From assembly GCA_021780755.1 (NCBI GenBank), contig JAJXYF010000010.1:173238-237237 (forward strand): 64,000 nucleotides of DNA, read 5' to 3'. Position 1 is the first letter of the stretch; each line of letters starts with the position of its first letter. The position numbers and the translations under genes are program-made. A model generated the notes under the pieces. That model ran no database searches and was not told the origin of the DNA. It saw nothing but the letters and a program-made list of their open reading frames with translations. Of this stretch, positions 61,490-64,000 are shown piece after piece. The DNA is from Deltaproteobacteria bacterium. Lineage in GTDB: Bacteria; Desulfobacterota; Binatia; Binatales; Binataceae.

Positions 61490-61707
61490 CCGAGTCCCTA
61501 TCTCTGGCGACACTCCACTCGAATCACCGAAAAGCCCGCCCCAGCGGCGTCATTTGCAAATGTGTGGTCGCGGAGAAAACCACTTTCGAGCGGGTGACAC
61601 GCAATCCACGGCGAGAATCTCTGTTGGCAAATTCGGAGCGACCGTTTGGGCCGGGGGCGGAATGGAATTGAGGCGGAAGAAGCGGTGAGAAAGCCGGCAA
61701 GCGCTGA

Positions 61708-63429
61708 TTAGTTGATTCCGAGCGCCCGTTCCTGCTCGCTCCAAAGGAGCGGCAATTCGATCCGTTCAGTGAGAGCCTTCGCAGTAAGCTCCGGCGGCTG
61801 GTGACCCCCGACGATGGCCTCGACAATCCTCGGCGACAGGAACGCCAGCCGAGTCAGACGGCGGACGTAGTTCGGGAGCACCCCTTCACGCCTGGCGAGC
61901 GCTGCGACCGATTCCACTTGACCGCTCAGCAAATCGTCAGCCCATTGGCGTCCCCGCGCGATCGCTTTGATGAGCGCGAGATCGGCCAGTGGAGCTGGCG
62001 CGCGACTGCCCTGGAGAACCAGTCGCATTTCGAAGCCGCGCCGCCTGATCTGCATCGGGAAGACGCGCGTGATCGTGAGCGCAGTGGGGTTCGCACCGAG
62101 CTGCTTTTCCGAGATGGAAGTTGGCAGTTTGAGGGACACGCGAATACCTGTGTTGATGAGGTCGACACGATCGACCAGTGCATTCAGGGCGGGACCAACT
62201 TCAACCTCCGATTGCAGGCGCTTCATCCATGCCGCCGCGAGTGAGAACAGGGATGGCAGTTGGTGCTCGGCAAGATCGATTGCAACCGCTGCGTCTGCGA
62301 TCGCGGCTTCATCACCAAGCATCGTGGAGACCGCCGCCGCGGCGGCGCGTTCGATCTCAGGTGCTGGCAAGCGCCAACTGCTCCGCCGTGAATCCGATGT
62401 TCCGTTGATCAGATTGCGCGAGACGTAATAGCGATATCTCCGCTCGCCTTTGACCGCGTGACTGGGCGTCAGGCTCTGGCCGCTATGGTCGAACAGCTTA
62501 CCGGTCAGCGGACTTGGGGCTGATTTCCTTGCTCGTGGCGCATGTGTCGCCGCGTGGCTTCGCAGCATCAGCTGCGTACTGTCCCATAGATCGCGATCCA
62601 CGATCGGCTCATGGAGCCCCGGGTGGCGGACGCCCTTGTGGCGAATCTCGCCGATGTAAATGGGATTGGAGAGTGTCCCATAGAGCGCTCCTCGGAAGAA
62701 CGGGTTCCCGCCTGACTTGCGGCCATTGCTTGCGACCCGGGCTTTGGATCGGATGCAGCGGCGATTCAGATCCTCCATCAGGAGCCGGACCGACCCGAGT
62801 TCCAGGTAGCACCGGAAGATCTCACGCACCGTCTCGGCTTCCGCTTGATTCACGACAAGACGCCGGTCAATCGCGTCGTAACCGATCGGCACCACACCGC
62901 CCATCCACATACCCTTCTGCTTGGAGGCTGCGATCTTGTCGCGAATTCTTTCGCCCGTTACCTCGCGCTCGAACTGGGCGAACGACAGCAGTACATTGAG
63001 CGTCAGGCGTCCCATCGAGGTCGTCGTATTGAACTGCTGGGTGACGGCCACGAATGAGACACCGCGCGCGTCGAACACTTCGACCATCTTGGCAAAGTCG
63101 GTGAGCGAGCGGGTCAGGCGGTCGACCTTGTAGACCACCACGACATCGATCAGCCCTTGACTGATATCAGCGAGCAGACGCTGGAGCGCCGGTCGTTCCA
63201 TCGTCCCGCCTGACAGACCGCCGTCGTCGTAAGCAGTTTTGACCAGGCGCCATCCTTCACCGGCCTGGCTCTTGATGAACGCTTCGCAGGCCTCGCGCTG
63301 CGCATGTAGCGAGTTAAAATCCTGTTCCAGTCCTTCCTCGGAAGATTTGCGCGTGTAGATCGCGCAGCGGCGAACCGGTGTCTTACCTTGCTGCATGGTT
63401 GTTCTCCATAACCTGCGATCGTAGTCCAA
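61708..63429 (-). CDS. large serine recombinase (resolvase/invertase catalytic domain + recombinase + zinc-ribbon/coiled-coil domains)
   Basis: N-terminal CAIYTRKSSEE...DGGLSG catalytic serine motif, then the recombinase domain. 573 aa. Oriented toward the tRNA. Confidence 0.9.
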   Translation of the reverse strand: MDYDRRLWRTTMQQGKTPVRRCAIYTRKSSEEGLEQDFNSLHAQREACEAFIKSQAGEGWRLVKTAYDDGGLSGGTMERPALQRLLADISQGLIDVVVVYKVDRLTRSLTDFAKMVEVFDARGVSFVAVTQQFNTTTSMGRLTLNVLLSFAQFEREVTGERIRDKIAASKQKGMWMGGVVPIGYDAIDRRLVVNQAEAETVREIFRCYLELGSVRLLMEDLNRRCIRSKARVASNGRKSGGNPFFRGALYGTLSNPIYIGEIRHKGVRHPGLHEPIVDRDLWDSTQLMLRSHAATHAPRARKSAPSPLTGKLFDHSGQSLTPSHAVKGERRYRYYVSRNLINGTSDSRRSSWRLPAPEIERAAAAAVSTMLGDEAAIADAAVAIDLAEHQLPSLFSLAAAWMKRLQSEVEVGPALNALVDRVDLINTGIRVSLKLPTSISEKQLGANPTALTITRVFPMQIRRRGFEMRLVLQGSRAPAPLADLALIKAIARGRQWADDLLSGQVESVAALARREGVLPNYVRRLTRLAFLSPRIVEAIVGGHQPPELTAKALTERIELPLLWSEQERALGIN

Positions 63430-63862
63430 AGAAACGCGGCCCGGACCATCGAGTGCCGGTGATCTCGCGCGCGACTTCGGAGAGCGAACGGTAACGCTTC
63501 CCCTTGAAGGACACGCCGTCGTCGAGCATCGTCACCCGGTGAGCGGTACCATGCCATTCGCGGATCAGGATGGTTCCCGTTTGCGCCATTCGCGTCTGGG
63601 GCCTCTTCGATGATCCAGTCGCTCTCTCTTCTGCCGCCCGGGCGAGCAGGCGGGAGGTCGGGGGCTTGATTCCGCCGTAAGCCCGCTCCTGCAGATGGCA
63701 GGCGATTGCTCGGGTCAGAAAGGAGCGGCCGGTTTCTCGGGAAGGCGCCTTTCCGCAAATGGCTTTCCAGCGCTCCCGGAGTTCATCGATATCGAGTTTC
63801 GCGAGGCTCGCAATTTCCGCGGCAAGCGTCTCACCGCCAAGAGCAGGCGACCGCCGCTTCAT
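63383..63862 (-). CDS. DUF2924-like protein (commonly paired upstream of serine recombinases in integrative elements)
   Basis: 159-aa ORF overlapping the recombinase start by 47 bp. Assignment by resemblance only. Confidence 0.5.
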   Translation of the reverse strand: MKRRSPALGGETLAAEIASLAKLDIDELRERWKAICGKAPSRETGRSFLTRAIACHLQERAYGGIKPPTSRLLARAAEERATGSSKRPQTRMAQTGTILIREWHGTAHRVTMLDDGVSFKGKRYRSLSEVAREITGTRWSGPRFFGLRSQVMENNHAAR

Positions 63863-64000
63863 AAGGGGTCCTCCGCGTATCTTGGCGCACTCAGGTCAGC
63901 TGCAAGGTCCATGTGTGGTCCTCCGTTGGAGCGGAAATCCGATCGCTCCATTGACACACACATTGCTCGATTCGCGCAGCACAGCCAGTCCTTCGGACGT

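Larger units (their letters stand above)
61490..64000. mobile_element. left end of an integrated element at tRNA-Ser (continues beyond window)
   Basis: tRNA gene immediately followed by an inward-facing serine recombinase plus DUF2924 gene. The opposite att repeat is not in the window. Confidence 0.5.

Noticed and set aside
61344-61688. 114-aa + strand ORF
   Set aside because: It overlaps the tRNA-Ser gene; spurious.

Overview
High-GC (~67%) chromosomal segment from a Gram-negative bacterium; KDO, heptose and Lpt genes show it makes LPS. Almost all of it is densely packed core genes. In order: pyrG(partial)-kdsA; lptC-lptA-rpoN-hpf-ptsN-rapZ (no lptB); an SDR gene; dedA; ahcY-metK; ptsH next to a DHH phosphoesterase; class I lysK; hemW; murJ; hldE; an HpaB-family gene; a thiolase/DUF35/DUF3307 operon; nadK-recN; nfo-trpS; archaeal-type proS; peroxiredoxin; a VIT transporter; an oligopeptide-type ABC permease/SBP operon without ATPase genes; an alkA-like glycosylase; pyrF; dprA-topA; an ECF-sigma/YciI pair; trmFO; ppx; and an HU gene. 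Three stretches stand out. (1) A ~2.1 kb low-GC islet (about 8.48-10.64 kb) sits between dedA and ahcY. It has a near-consensus sigma70 promoter and three small ORFs with no recognisable family; this is the best candidate for an undescribed accessory system. (2) A run of GT-C-like membrane glycosyltransferase genes (53.85-61.28 kb) comprises a GT39-like gene, a SAM methyltransferase and three tandem paralogs of an unassigned ~530-aa membrane protein. The first paralog is preceded by an in-frame 12-codon uORF. (3) The window ends at a tRNA-Ser(GGA) followed by an inward-facing large serine recombinase and a DUF2924-like gene, which marks the left edge of an integrated element that continues past 64 kb. 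Smaller points: a perfect 18-bp palindrome upstream of nadK-recN (candidate SOS operator), candidate intrinsic terminators, a PT-rich secreted protein, and a coiled-coil repeat protein. No CRISPR array or rRNA is present. Protein family names are from recognition by eye, not from searches.
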